Positions 18,892-32,743 of a stretch of DNA of 32,971 nt are shown here, piece by piece. Below the pieces are notes generated by a model. That model had not been told where the DNA came from and searched no databases. It worked only from the letters and a program-made list of their open reading frames with translations. Source of the stretch: a virus (taxonomy: Duplodnaviria; Heunggongvirae; Uroviricota; Caudoviricetes); the IMG/VR virus record IMGVR_UViG_2541047885_000016; one strand, given 5' to 3'. How positions within the stretch are numbered: the first letter of the stretch is position 1; each line of letters starts with the position of its first letter. The position numbers and the translations under genes are program-made.

Positions 18892-19287
18892 TTATTGCAT
18901 TCTGGCCAGGCCACGTTCTGTCATTTCGGCTGCCACACCGGCAGAGACACGAAACGCCGTTCCCGGCAGCACAAATGCCACAGCCTCATCCCGCGTGACG
19001 TGAAGTGCATCGGTATGCAGCGTCACCAGTGCCACAACCGTGACCAGAGCAGCCGTATCAGTCACGGAATCCGGCTGTGCTGATACCACCTCATTTTCAT
19101 GTCCGGTCAGCGCATTTTCCGGGCTGACAGACGTGTCCTGACCGGCTGCGTCATCCGTGTCATCAAGCTCCTCTTCCAGCTCTGCCACACGGAGCGCCAG
19201 TTCTTCTTTCGTCCCCGTCAGGCTGACATCACGGTTCAGTTGCTCACCCAGCGACCGGAGACGGGCAATCAGTTCATCTTTCGTCAT
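18892..19287 (-). CDS. FI: DNA packaging / head completion protein FI
   Basis: Start set at MTKDELIARLRSLGEQLNRD... with GGAGGAG RBS (track ORF has a 13-codon upstream extension); 131 aa. Confidence 0.85.
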   Translation of the reverse strand: MTKDELIARLRSLGEQLNRDVSLTGTKEELALRVAELEEELDDTDDAAGQDTSVSPENALTGHENEVVSAQPDSVTDTAALVTVVALVTLHTDALHVTRDEAVAFVLPGTAFRVSAGVAAEMTERGLARMQ

Positions 19288-19328
19288 GGACTCCTCCACA
19301 GAGAGAAAATGGCCCCGAAGGGCCATGA

Positions 19329-20354
19329 TTACGCCAGTTGAACGGACACGAACTCATCAGGGTCAGCCAGCAGCATCAGCGGTGCTGACTGAATCATGGT
19401 GAACTCACGCGCCGGGTCGCCGGTGGTCACCCAGTTTTTCGGGTAACGGGCAGAGGCGTTAATGCCTTCGCGCTGTGCGTCCGCATCCTGAATGCAACCA
19501 TAGGTGCGCAGACCGCGTGCCTGAGTGTTCCCCAGCACCATCGTGTTGTCCGGCAGGAAGTTCTTTTTGACGCCGTTTTCCACGTACTGTCCGGAATACA
19601 CGACGATGGCCACATCGCCATACATTCCCTTATAAGACACCGCTTTGCCCAGGTCTTTTACCGCTGTCTCCAGCTCGGAATGAGAGCCGCGACGGGTATC
19701 CAGCTTCTCCTTGACGGCCTTGAAGGAACGGAACAGCGCCCAGCCTTTCGGATCAAACACGATGATATTCACCACACCGCTGGCGTTCAGCGCGTAGGCT
19801 TCGATATCGTCGGTCGGGTCATACGTGGACTTGTCACGCTTGCTCCACTCTGTGCCGCCGGACTGCGTGATGTTATTCGCCGCACTGCGGCCCATATCCA
19901 CCTCAACCGGATCGAAGGCTTCACCGGTCATGGTGTATTTGCCCTTAAGCACGGCAGAAACTGCCTGCATCTCTTCGACCTGGGCAATCGCCAGATTTTC
20001 ATCCAGCATATTCTGCCGAATAATACGGCGACGACGGTAAGCCGGGTCAGCCAGGTTCTGCGGATCTTCATCCGGCAGGCGACGCAGGGTCATCTGCGGA
20101 TTCACCTCATGCTTGGGTTTGACATAACCCGGCGTAAATTCAGAGGTGGAGCCGCCACGGGATCGGATAACCTCACCGGAAACAATCGGCGAAACGTACA
20201 GCGCCATGTTTACCAGTCCCGGAATTTGTGAGAGATAGACTTTTTCCGTGGTGAAAGGATAGGTTTCACGGAAAAACAGGCGCAGAAACAGCGGATCGAA
20301 CTTAAAGTGATGCTGGGTCGATGCCAGTAATTCTGCAGTTGTATATACAGACAT
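19329..20354 (-). CDS. E: major capsid protein E
   Basis: 341 aa; matches lambda gpE as recalled along its length. Confidence 0.95.
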   Translation of the reverse strand: MSVYTTAELLASTQHHFKFDPLFLRLFFRETYPFTTEKVYLSQIPGLVNMALYVSPIVSGEVIRSRGGSTSEFTPGYVKPKHEVNPQMTLRRLPDEDPQNLADPAYRRRRIIRQNMLDENLAIAQVEEMQAVSAVLKGKYTMTGEAFDPVEVDMGRSAANNITQSGGTEWSKRDKSTYDPTDDIEAYALNASGVVNIIVFDPKGWALFRSFKAVKEKLDTRRGSHSELETAVKDLGKAVSYKGMYGDVAIVVYSGQYVENGVKKNFLPDNTMVLGNTQARGLRTYGCIQDADAQREGINASARYPKNWVTTGDPAREFTMIQSAPLMLLADPDEFVSVQLA

Positions 20355-20367
20355 AAATTATTTCCAT

Positions 20368-20388
20368 AAAAAAAGCCGCACAGGCGGC
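20368..20388 (-). terminator. terminator-like hairpin plus U-run between D and E
   Basis: Stem GCCGC/GCGGC with a 4-nt loop followed by U7 on the minus strand, 14 nt upstream of the E start; may be a partial terminator or mRNA-stability element. Confidence 0.35.
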
Positions 20389-20409
20389 CTTTGTTGATGA
20401 AGGGGAAGA

Positions 20410-20742
20410 TTAAACGATGCTGATTGCCGTTCCGGCAAACGCGGTCCGTTTTTTAGTCTCGTCGCTGGCAGCCTCCGGCCAGAGCACATCCTCATAACGA
20501 AACGAGCCGGACTTGTAGAACGTCAGTGTGGTGCTGGTCTGGTCAGCAGCAACCGCCAGAATGCCAACGGCTGCACCGTCGGTGGTGCCATCCCACACAA
20601 CCAGCTTACGGGTAGTGCCATCCAGCATCAGCGGGGTCATTGCAGGCGTTTTCGCACTCAATCCGCCAGGCGCAATTGCTGTATGAGCCGGATCACTGTT
20701 ACCCAGCGGCTGGTAATGGTTAAACTCTTCTTTTGTCGCCAT
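20410..20742 (-). CDS. D: capsid decoration protein D
   Basis: 110 aa; [42 protein letters not shown]... matches lambda gpD as recalled. Confidence 0.95.
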   Translation of the reverse strand: MATKEEFNHYQPLGNSDPAHTAIAPGGLSAKTPAMTPLMLDGTTRKLVVWDGTTDGAAVGILAVAADQTSTTLTFYKSGSFRYEDVLWPEAASDETKKRTAFAGTAISIV

Positions 20743-20751
20743 AACTGCCTC

Positions 20752-22063
20752 TTATACCGGTAAAGCTTCAGGTGTATTAAGTAATTCTTTATTGGTATCA
20801 GATGCCAGGTTACCTGCAGCCAGCGGTGCCGGTGTACCCTGCATCAGACGATCCAGCGCAGTGTCACTGCGCGCCTGTGCACTCTGTGGTGCTGCAGCCA
20901 GAATGCGGCGGGCCGTTTCCACGGTCATTCCGGGGGTTTCTGCCAGAACGCGCGCCTGTTCTTCGCGTCCGTGAGCCTCCTCACAGTTGAGGATCCCCAT
21001 AATGCGGCTGTTTTCTGCCGCAACCGCTGCGGTGATCTGCGCGTTCACGTCCGGCTGCGCCGCGCTGGCGTTTTCGCCCTCCGTCGCTGGCACCACGTCA
21101 GTAACGTCAGCCTGCGAAGCAGTGGCTGAAACAGTTGTTGATTGAGTCTCTTTGGTCATTCGCCCTCCTGAGAGACGGGATTTACGCGCATCCAGTGCAT
21201 CACGCATGACGGTGATCGCATCGGTGCTGTTAACAAGTTCATCAGCCAGTCCGGCATCAATGGCCTCCTGACCGCTGTACACTGCAGCCTCGGTATCCAG
21301 CACAGCCTGCACAGACAGGCCGGTATATGCCGACACCTTCTGCGCAAACATCTGGCGGGTTGCGTCCATCCGGGACTGCAGTGTCTCCCGGACGTCATCC
21401 GGAAGATGGCTGTAGGGATTGCCATCCACCTTATGGCTGCCGCTGTAAATCAGCGTGATTTCCACACCCTGTTTCTCCAGGGCAGCACCGTAATTACTGT
21501 GAGCCATCATGACGCCGATGGAGCCTGTCCGGGCGGTCTGCGTGACCAGACGCCGGGAGGCGGCACTGGCAAGCAGCTGACCTGCACTGCAGTTCATGTC
21601 GTTGGCCAGCGCCCATACCGGTTTTATGTCACGCACACGGGCGATGATGTCAGCGCAGTCAAATGCCCCCGCCACCATTCCGCCTGGCGTGTCCATATCG
21701 AGCAGAATGCCGTCCACCATCGGGTCGCTGGCAGCCTGTTGCAGACGGGCGATAATGCCGTTGTAACCGGTCATCCCCGAGTACGGCTGCAGCGCCCGCG
21801 TCCGGCTGACCAGCGTGCCGGACACCGGCAGCACGGCGATGCCGTTCATGACCTGATAACTGCGGGCCTGTCGTGGTCCGTCATCATCACCGGATAATGC
21901 CAGCGTCGCGAGTGCCTCCTGGGCAGTCAGGCTGTCGCCGGACACCGCATCCGTCAGGCGGCTGATCCCAAGCTGGCCTGCAAGCGCACAAAAGAAAACC
22001 CGCGCATAGGCGGGTTCAAGCATCAGCGGCTCATTAAAGGCCATGCTGGCAATATGCGGGAGA

Positions 22064-22083
<20 letters not shown>
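20752..22083 (-). CDS. C: capsid assembly protease C (scaffold Nu3 is expected to be nested in-frame in its 3' part)
   Basis: Start set at the GTG giving VTAELRNLPHIASMAFNEPLML... with GGAGGAG RBS (track extends 49 codons upstream); 443 aa; matches lambda gpC as recalled; overlaps the 3' end of B. Confidence 0.85.
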
Positions 22084-25764
<3,681 letters not shown>

Positions 25765-25790
<26 letters not shown>

Positions 25791-26310
25791 TCAGCAACCC
25801 CGGTATCAGTTCATCCAGCGCGGCTGCTTTGTTCATGGCTTTGATGATATCCCGTTTCAGGAAATCAACATGTCGGTTTTCCAGTTCCGGAAAACGCCGC
25901 TGCACCGACAGGGGGATCCCGTCGAGAATACTGGCAATTTCACCTGCGATCCGCGACAGCACGAAAGTACAGAATGCGGTTTCCACCACTTCAGCGGAGT
26001 CTCTGGCATTTTTCAGCTCCTGTGCGTCGGCCTGCGCACGCGTAAGTCGATGGCGTTCATACTCAATAGTCCCTGGCTGGAGATCTGTCTCGCTGGCCAG
26101 CCGCAGTTCTTCAACCTCCCGGCGCAGCTTTTCGTTCTCAATTTCAGCATCCCTTTCGGCATACCATTTTATGACGGCGGCAGAGTCATAAAGCACCTCA
26201 TTACCCTTGCCACCGCCTCGCAGAACGGGCATTCCCTGTTCCTGCCAGTTCTGAATGGTACGGATACTCGCACCGAAAATGTCAGCCAGCTGCTTTTTGT
26301 TGACTTCCAT
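25765..26310 (-). CDS. nu1: terminase small subunit Nu1
   Basis: 181 aa; MEVNKKQLADIFGASIRTIQNWQEQGMPVLRGGGKGNEVLYDSAAVIKWYAERDAEIENEKLRREVEEL... matches lambda Nu1 as recalled. Confidence 0.95.
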
Positions 26311-26590
26311 TGCTCATTCCACGGACAAAAACAGAGAAAGGAAACGACAGAGGCCAAAAAGCTCGCTTTCAGCACCTGTCGTTTCCTTTCTTTTCAGAGG
26401 GTATTTTAAATAAAAACATTAAGTTATGACGAAGAAGAACGGAAACGCCTTAAACCGGAAAATTTTCATAAATAGCGAAAACCCGCGAGGTCGCCGCCCC
26501 GTAACCTGTCGGATCACCGGAAAGGACCCGTAAAGTGATAATGATTATCATCTACATATCACAACGTGCGTGGAGGCCATCAAACCACGT
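26311..26590 (-). other. cos site region (cosB, cosN, cosQ-side flank); 12-nt cohesive-end sequence at 26488..26499
   Basis: Minus strand reads GGGCGGCGACCTCGCGGGTTTTCGCTATTTATGAAAATTTTCCGGTTTAAGGCG... (lambda left end as recalled) directly preceded by ...GATCCGACAGGTTACG (lambda right end), immediately upstream of Nu1. Confidence 0.8.
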
Positions 26591-26698
26591 CAAATAATCA
26601 ATTATGACGCAGGTATCGTATTAATTGATCTGCATCAACTTAACGTAAAAACAACTTCAGACAATACAAATCAGCGACACTGAATACGGGGCAACCTC

Positions 26699-26932
26699 AT
26701 GTCAACGAAGAACAGAACCCGCAGAACAACAACCCGCAACATCCGCTTTCCTAACCAAATGATTGAACAAATTAACATCGCTCTTGAGCAAAAAGGGTCC
26801 GGGAATTTCTCAGCCTGGGTCATTGAAGCCTGCCGCCGGAGACTGTGCTCAGAAAAAAGAGTTTCTTCTGAAGCAAACAAAGAAAAGAGTGACATTACTG
26901 AATTGCTCAGAAAACAGGTCAGACCAGATTGA
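26699..26932 (+). CDS. ynfO: 77-aa small basic protein of unknown function
   Basis: MSTKNRTRRTTTRNIRFPNQMIEQINIALEQKGSGNFSAWVIEACRRRL...; position between cos and ydfO matches recalled Qin order; symbol from recalled order only. Confidence 0.6.
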   Translation: MSTKNRTRRTTTRNIRFPNQMIEQINIALEQKGSGNFSAWVIEACRRRLCSEKRVSSEANKEKSDITELLRKQVRPD

Positions 26933-26989
26933 AGCAATTTAGATAATCGTGCAGACTACGCCCCCTCATATCACATGGAAGGTTTATCT

Positions 26990-27400
26990 ATGGATCAGGT
27001 AGTCATTTTTAAACAAATATTTGATAAAGTTCGAAACGATTTAAACTATCAATGGTTTTATTCTGAGCTAAAACGTCACAATGTCTCACATTACATTTAC
27101 TATTTAGCCACAGAGAATGTTCATATTGTATTAAAAAATGATAATACAGTGTTATTAAAGGGCCTAAAAAACATTGTGTCTGTCAAATTTTCAAAGGATA
27201 GGCATCTTATAGAAACGACCTCTAATAAGCTGAAATCCAGAGAGATCACATTTCAGGAATACAGAAGAAACCTTGCTAAAGCAGGAGTTTTTCGGTGGGT
27301 TACAAATATCCACGAACAAAAAAGATATTACTATACCTTTGATAATTCATTACTATTTACTGAAAGCATCCAGAAAACTACACAGATCTTACCACGCTAA
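26990..27400 (+). CDS. ydfO: DUF1398-family protein (YdfO/YbcV-like)
   Basis: Start set at [11 protein letters not shown]... (136 aa; track ORF starts 5 codons earlier); a hairpin (GTCCGGCT/AGCCGGAC) follows the stop. Confidence 0.65.
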
Positions 27401-27551
27401 ACCATAACGTCCGGCTTCTCTCACTCCTGAGCCGGACTGCATTGGTTTAATAAAAACCATCAACAATTGTGATTTAGATATTCGGAACCATTCAAATATA
27501 ACAAAACCCCGTAAAAACGAGGTTTATGGATAAATTTTATTATTGAATACA

Positions 27552-27725
27552 TCAGATTAAATTAATCTTGACATCATAGCTTTCAAGACCCGTCATTTTT
27601 TCCCGTGCGGTAAACTGAATACTGGTAACTTCTTTCCCGGTCTTTTTCTTAAGTTCAATAATTTTTTTTGTTATATATTCAGAAATATCTGCTTCTGCTT
27701 TTGTTTTTAAGTTTTCAATATTCAT
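27552..27725 (-). CDS. gnsB: GnsA/GnsB-family small protein
   Basis: Hand-translated 57/58 aa (M)MNIENLKTKAEADISEYITKKIIELKKKTGKEVTSIQFTAREKMTGLESYDVKINLI; AGAGGAA RBS; below the track cutoff; frame is intact across the A8 run. Confidence 0.7.
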   Translation of the reverse strand: MNIENLKTKAEADISEYITKKIIELKKKTGKEVTSIQFTAREKMTGLESYDVKINLI

Positions 27726-27896
27726 CATTTCCTCTTTTAGTCTGTTATGACTTTCCAGTTACACAGTAAGTCGATTATATGGTGCAAACGTGTAAAAGAT
27801 AAGATGAAACATCGCAATAATCAACATACGATAGTCTAAATTTTACACAAACAGACAAAGAGAATTTTCCTGAATTATCAATGCAATAGCATCAAA

Positions 27897-28052
27897 TCAA
27901 CTCAAGAGCCTTATTGCTGCTTCCAGAATTTCTTCTGAAGTAACATGTCGATCCGCGGCTACATAAATGACTTTATGATCTCCGGTCAGAGATGGAAACC
28001 CTGCGGCCATTACAGTAAGGTGTGTTTTTTCGCCATTTGGATATTCACGCAT
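27897..28052 (-). CDS. ynfN: small cold-shock-associated prophage protein
   Basis: Track ORF 27897..28169 (90 aa); 51-aa version MREYPNGEKTHLTVMAAGFPSLTGDHKVIYVAADRHVTSEEILEAAIRLLS chosen to match the recalled length of YnfN; start codon uncertain (alternatives at 28127 or 28169). Confidence 0.45.
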   Translation of the reverse strand: MREYPNGEKTHLTVMAAGFPSLTGDHKVIYVAADRHVTSEEILEAAIRLLS

Positions 28053-28398
28053 GATGGTGTTAACTCCAGTCATCGCTGGCACTACCACTGCTGGTTCAGA
28101 GTTAAAAAAAACTATGATTTTTTTCATGATGTTACCGTAGTATGTGAGTATCCATCGAATAGACACCAAGCAAAAAAGCTCCCGAAGGAGCCTTCATTTT
28201 CACTTTTTTAAATCCAACGACAGACGGCTGGCATTTAAGTATTGTGAAATATTATCAAATGTAATCATCATTGATTTACAAAAGATACATTTTGCCCCGA
28301 AAGGATTCATGTCAGAAACATCAAAAGATGATGTTCTATACTGGGAACCATGACAACACGGGCATCTAAAGTGAATATGGTTTGTAATATTGTCTACC

Positions 28399-28611
28399 TC
28401 AAAGCGCCACAACATGAACAGCGGCAGGACCTTTAGGTCCGTTCTCAATACCAAATTCAACTTCCTGATTCTCAGTTAATGTTTTGAAATCGTTGCTCTG
28501 AATTGCTGAGAAATGGACAAACACATCTTTGCTGCCATCTTTCGGCGTGATGAAACCAAAACCTTTTTCAGGGTTAAACCATTTCACTAAACCAGTCATT
28601 TTGTTAGACAT
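28399..28611 (-). CDS. cspI: CspA-family cold shock protein
   Basis: 70 aa [70 protein letters not shown]; RNP1-like motif KGFGFI and RNP2-like VFVHF. Confidence 0.9.
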   Translation of the reverse strand: MSNKMTGLVKWFNPEKGFGFITPKDGSKDVFVHFSAIQSNDFKTLTENQEVEFGIENGPKGPAAVHVVAL

Positions 28612-28973
28612 AATTATTACCTTTTGAAGAAATTAGCCCTTGGGCAGAATGGTCCGAAAAAAAATATCAGAGAGAAAAACCAACAAGGAAATCTCAAGAG
28701 GTACAAATAATAAAATTATAACAATGACTGCTTCAGATAAATTTGTAACAAACCAGAACACCATTAACGCATGATTAACCACCCATAGCAAGGATTACTT
28801 TTGTAAAGAAAAACACAGCAATGAAAGAATAGCTTTATTTATTAATAAAACGTGTCATTCTGATTAAGACCTTTTATCTTACCCTTAAGATTTCAGGAAT
28901 TTTGGCTCATGGAAGAGTCCTTTTTATTTAAATTTTACATTCCGCGATGTAAATGTTCCGATTTAATATTACC

Positions 28974-29997
<1,024 letters not shown>

Positions 29998-30001
<4 letters not shown>

Positions 30002-30309
30002 AGATATTTATGATGAGGACGCTCGTGCTTATTGGCAGGATTTTCAATCTTAAAGGAGTACTGATGCTGCAGATAAGACTCAACTTTTTCTGACAATTTT
30101 TCTGCTACTTCCAGGAAGACTTGCCGGACGCTCCTTCTGGCTGCTGCCTCATAAAACTCCAGCGCAGCTCCTTCAACACGGTCCATGGCGACATCCAGGT
30201 CAAAAATTTCACCGTCAAAGCGTTCTTTGTCCTGTAAGGCTACAGTTACCGTAACTTTATTCTCAAAATTACGGACTCCTTTCACAACCAGTTCATAGTC
30301 TTGAGTCAT
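29998..30309 (-). CDS. ydfR: DUF1327-family protein between holin and endolysin
   Basis: 103 aa MTQDYELVVKGVRNFENKVTVTVALQDKERFDGEIFDLDVAMDRVEGAALEFYEAAARR...; ATGA overlap with the endolysin start. Confidence 0.7.
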
Positions 30310-30313
30310 TGGA

Positions 30314-30529
30314 TTACTCTCCTCTCGCAGCCTTACGCCTGTCTTCTTTAATCTTGAAATAAAGATTTGTCAGATACGTCAGCAGGCCAAAAACCAGGCT
30401 ACCCAGCACACCGATTGCAGCCCACTGTGACGGAGTTACTTTATCGAGTAACTGCAATGCCCAGAAACCAGCATTACCCGCCGATGTGCCATAGGCAACA
30501 CCTGTTGTTAACTTATCCATTGATTTCAT
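30314..30529 (-). CDS. essQ: class II holin (S21-like pinholin) with dual-start motif
   Basis: 71 aa [71 protein letters not shown]; Met1/Met4 dual start; GGTGAGGA RBS; closely resembles phage 21 S as recalled (track ORF has a 25-codon upstream extension). Confidence 0.9.
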   Translation of the reverse strand: MKSMDKLTTGVAYGTSAGNAGFWALQLLDKVTPSQWAAIGVLGSLVFGLLTYLTNLYFKIKEDRRKAARGE

Positions 30530-30748
30530 ATCCTCACCCCGATGTACACGGATGGTGCAATATGTTTGAAAAGATCGGAGTCTACGGGGTAGTTTTGACA
30601 GCACACGTTGTTCTCAACGGCGCTAAAAAAACATACACATTAAAAATGTGGGTAATTATTTTGAAAGAAAGTCATATATAAAATAATAATACGAGAAATG
30701 TTTTCATATTTAGTGTACTGTATACGGCCATTTATACAGGAAAAGCCT

Positions 30749-30919
30749 ATGTCAGAACGTAAAAACTCAAAATCACGCCGTAATTATCTCGTTAAATGTT
30801 CCTGCCCAAACTGCACCCAAGAGTCAGAACACAGTTTTTCAAGAGTACAAAAAGGTGCCCTTTTGATCTGCCCTCATTGCAACAAAGTATTCCAGACAAA
30901 TCTTAAAGCTGTAGCCTGA
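30749..30919 (+). CDS. 56-aa four-cysteine zinc-ribbon-like small protein
   Basis: MSERKNSKSRRNYLVKCSCPNCTQESEHSFSRVQKGALLICPHCNKVFQTNLKAVA; AGGAAAAG RBS; Cys pairs CSC/CPNC and CPHC. Possibly the Qin small protein YnfU, but this is not confirmed. Confidence 0.6.
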   Translation: MSERKNSKSRRNYLVKCSCPNCTQESEHSFSRVQKGALLICPHCNKVFQTNLKAVA

Positions 30920-30974
30920 TTGATTTTATTAGTAACAAGTATTTTTTATATTTTAATAATATATTTAAAGCAGA

Positions 30975-31001
30975 TAATAAAAAACCCGCCTGAGCGGGTT
31001 T
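30975..31001. terminator. intrinsic terminator hairpin (probably bidirectional) between the zinc-ribbon gene and cspB
   Basis: Perfect stem AAACCCGC/GCGGGTTT with 4-nt loop at 30982..31001; U-rich run follows on the minus strand (UUUAUUAU). Confidence 0.6.
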
Positions 31002-31282
31002 GAGATTGTGGTGCTTTTTGTGGGAGTCATCCACTTACGCACTTTGTTTTGCCATGCCAGCAGTTAGCTTCTGCTGTAAAACTATTCATGCAGCAAACCT
31101 GCACTTCACCACAATGGTTAGCATACTTTTCCTGATTAAGATTTTGCCAAATATGCTAGCCATTGTTTCATGTATTGGACCTCCTTACTTTTTATTAAAG
31201 AGATCCAATATTCACTACTCTGTCCGTATCTCTACTCAGGCATCAGCCTTCTTCGTTATCGTATACAGACGAGCGATGAATT

Positions 31283-31498
31283 TTAATCAGTAATGATGAC
31301 ATTTGCTGCTGCAGGACCTTTAGCACCACTCTCTATAGAGAAGGTAACCTTTTGACCTTCAAATAAGGTTCGATAATTATCATTCTGAATCGCAGAAAAA
31401 TGCACAAACACATCTTTACTACCATCAACAGGAGAAATAAAGCCGAAACCTTTATCAGCGTTAAACCATTTTACTAAACCAGTCATTTTATTTGACAT
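31283..31498 (-). CDS. cspB: CspA-family cold shock protein
   Basis: 71 aa [71 protein letters not shown]. Confidence 0.9.
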   Translation of the reverse strand: MSNKMTGLVKWFNADKGFGFISPVDGSKDVFVHFSAIQNDNYRTLFEGQKVTFSIESGAKGPAAANVIITD

Positions 31499-31798
31499 TC
31501 TACATTCCTTAACTTGAGCCTTTCGGCATAAATGGTTTGCATAACAGAAACGACTTCGTACTTAATTGGAGAGACTCAAAGAAGGAATAAGTGAATAACA
31601 CCTGAAATGAGAACTGCTTTAGTAAACTACTTCGTATATCGTCTGTTCTTCAAACCGACGCAATCATTAACGCATAGTTGAACATATGAAGCAATGTTTA
31701 TTTTAGACATCCAGCCATCTTCAACCCCATCAAAAAACTATAGCTTTCTTCAGGAACGTGTGTATAGTGCGCCAAGTTATCAGTATTAAGGAATTTTT

Positions 31799-32011
31799 TT
31801 GTCCCGTAAAATGACAGGAATTGTCAAAACCTTTGACGGCAAAAGCGGCAAGGGTCTTATCACCCCATCCGATGGTCGTATCGATGTCCAGCTTCATGTT
31901 TCAGCGCTCAATCTCCGCGATGCAGAAGAAATTACCACCGGATTACGCGTGGAATTTTGCCGGATAAATGGTCTGCGTGGCCCTTCAGCTGCCAATGTTT
32001 ACCTTTCATGA
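31799..32011 (+). CDS. cspF: CspA-family cold shock protein (divergent paralogue), apparent TTG start
   Basis: 70 aa (M)[69 protein letters not shown]; AAGGAA RBS correctly spaced for the TTG at 31799. Confidence 0.85.
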
Positions 32012-32065
32012 GCTATATTAAAGCTTTAATTTCAGGCCCCATCGGATCACACATGGAGAGTTTTT

Positions 32066-32155
32066 ATGAATAACCCCGTCTGTCTTGATGACTGGTTGAT
32101 TGGCTTTAAAAGCTTATGCTGTACTTTGGCCGTAATAGCTCTGCTAATAATATAA
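32066..32155 (+). CDS. candidate 29-aa hydrophobic peptide ([29 protein letters not shown]) downstream of cspF
   Basis: Hand-translated; GGAG at 32056..32059 about 6 nt upstream of the ATG; C-terminal hydrophobic helix; lies between cspF and the terminator at 32304..32327. Confidence 0.3.
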
Positions 32156-32303
32156 TAAGCAGACTCATTGTGTTTAGGGACATTGTACTGGAAGAAAACA
32201 TTTTAAACATCAGGCAAATAACCAAGTCACCAGCTAAATAATAAGTTAACAGACATGAGTCCCGGGATGAGATTCAACATTACCATTGCCCCATTTAAAG
32301 CAC

Positions 32304-32327
32304 AAAACCCGCTCATCAGCGGGTTTT
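32304..32327. terminator. bidirectional intrinsic terminator: tR'-like for the short late-promoter transcript and terminator for the cspF unit
   Basis: AAAACCCGCTCATCAGCGGGTTTT perfect hairpin with flanking U-runs on both strands. Confidence 0.7.
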
Positions 32328-32372
32328 CTACTTTTTCTTAACGTCGGGTATACAAAGCCCATCGTTGAAAAA

Positions 32373-32401
32373 ATTTTATCCATATTTTTTGAAAAATGCA
32401 A
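32373..32401 (-). promoter_or_regulatory. sigma70-type late promoter (pR'-like) immediately downstream of Q
   Basis: Minus strand TTGCAT (-35, 32396..32401), 17-nt spacer, TAAAAT (-10, 32373..32378); about 30 nt after the Q stop; a transcript from about 32366 would end at the hairpin about 65 nt downstream. Confidence 0.6.
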
Positions 32402-32432
32402 ACATCATGTCGCCATCTTCAGCAAAAATCAT

Positions 32433-32743
32433 TTATCTCGTCACCTTCCTCAATTGCGCTTCCGCGTATGCTTCTTCCTGCCAGCACTTTGTTACCAGTT
32501 TACCAATGACGTCCGCATACCCCTTATACCACTGATAATCGGTCAGGTCTGGTACCAGCTTCTGGACATGACGTCGTGCCAGCGTGGTCGGTAAACGACT
32601 AAACCGGTTTCCATTACAACGCCCACAAATCTTATATACCGGTACGCCATGAAACCGGGTTCTTTTTTCATCCAGAACAATCCCTTTACCCTTACACCCT
32701 CTGCACGCTGTGCTGGCTTCGCCCTTACCATGGCAATGCTGAC
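32433..32743 (-). pseudogene. quuQ: late antiterminator Q, C-terminal fragment; the gene is split by an IS insertion
   Basis: Open frame ends at the stop 32433..32435 and runs upstream into the IS end at 32744; encodes ...QHCHGKGEASTACRGCKGKGIVLDEKRTRFHGVPVYKICGRCNGNRFSRLPTTLARRHVQKLVPDLTDYQWYKGYADVIGKLVTKCWQEEAYAEAQLRKVTR with two CxxC pairs; position directly upstream of the late promoter. Confidence 0.65.

Noticed and set aside
27662-27669. T8 homopolymer inside gnsB, initially suspected to cause a frameshift
   Set aside because: On careful recount the gnsB reading frame is continuous across the run (A8 on the coding strand gives ...ITKKIIELKKK...); the apparent frameshift was my transcription error.
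28200-28460. 86-aa minus-strand ORF with CPCC...CIFC cysteine pattern overlapping the 3' end of cspI
   Set aside because: Its possible starts lie inside the cspI coding region without a convincing, correctly spaced RBS, and the region is more likely ynfN promoter/leader; kept as low probability, worth a conservation check only.
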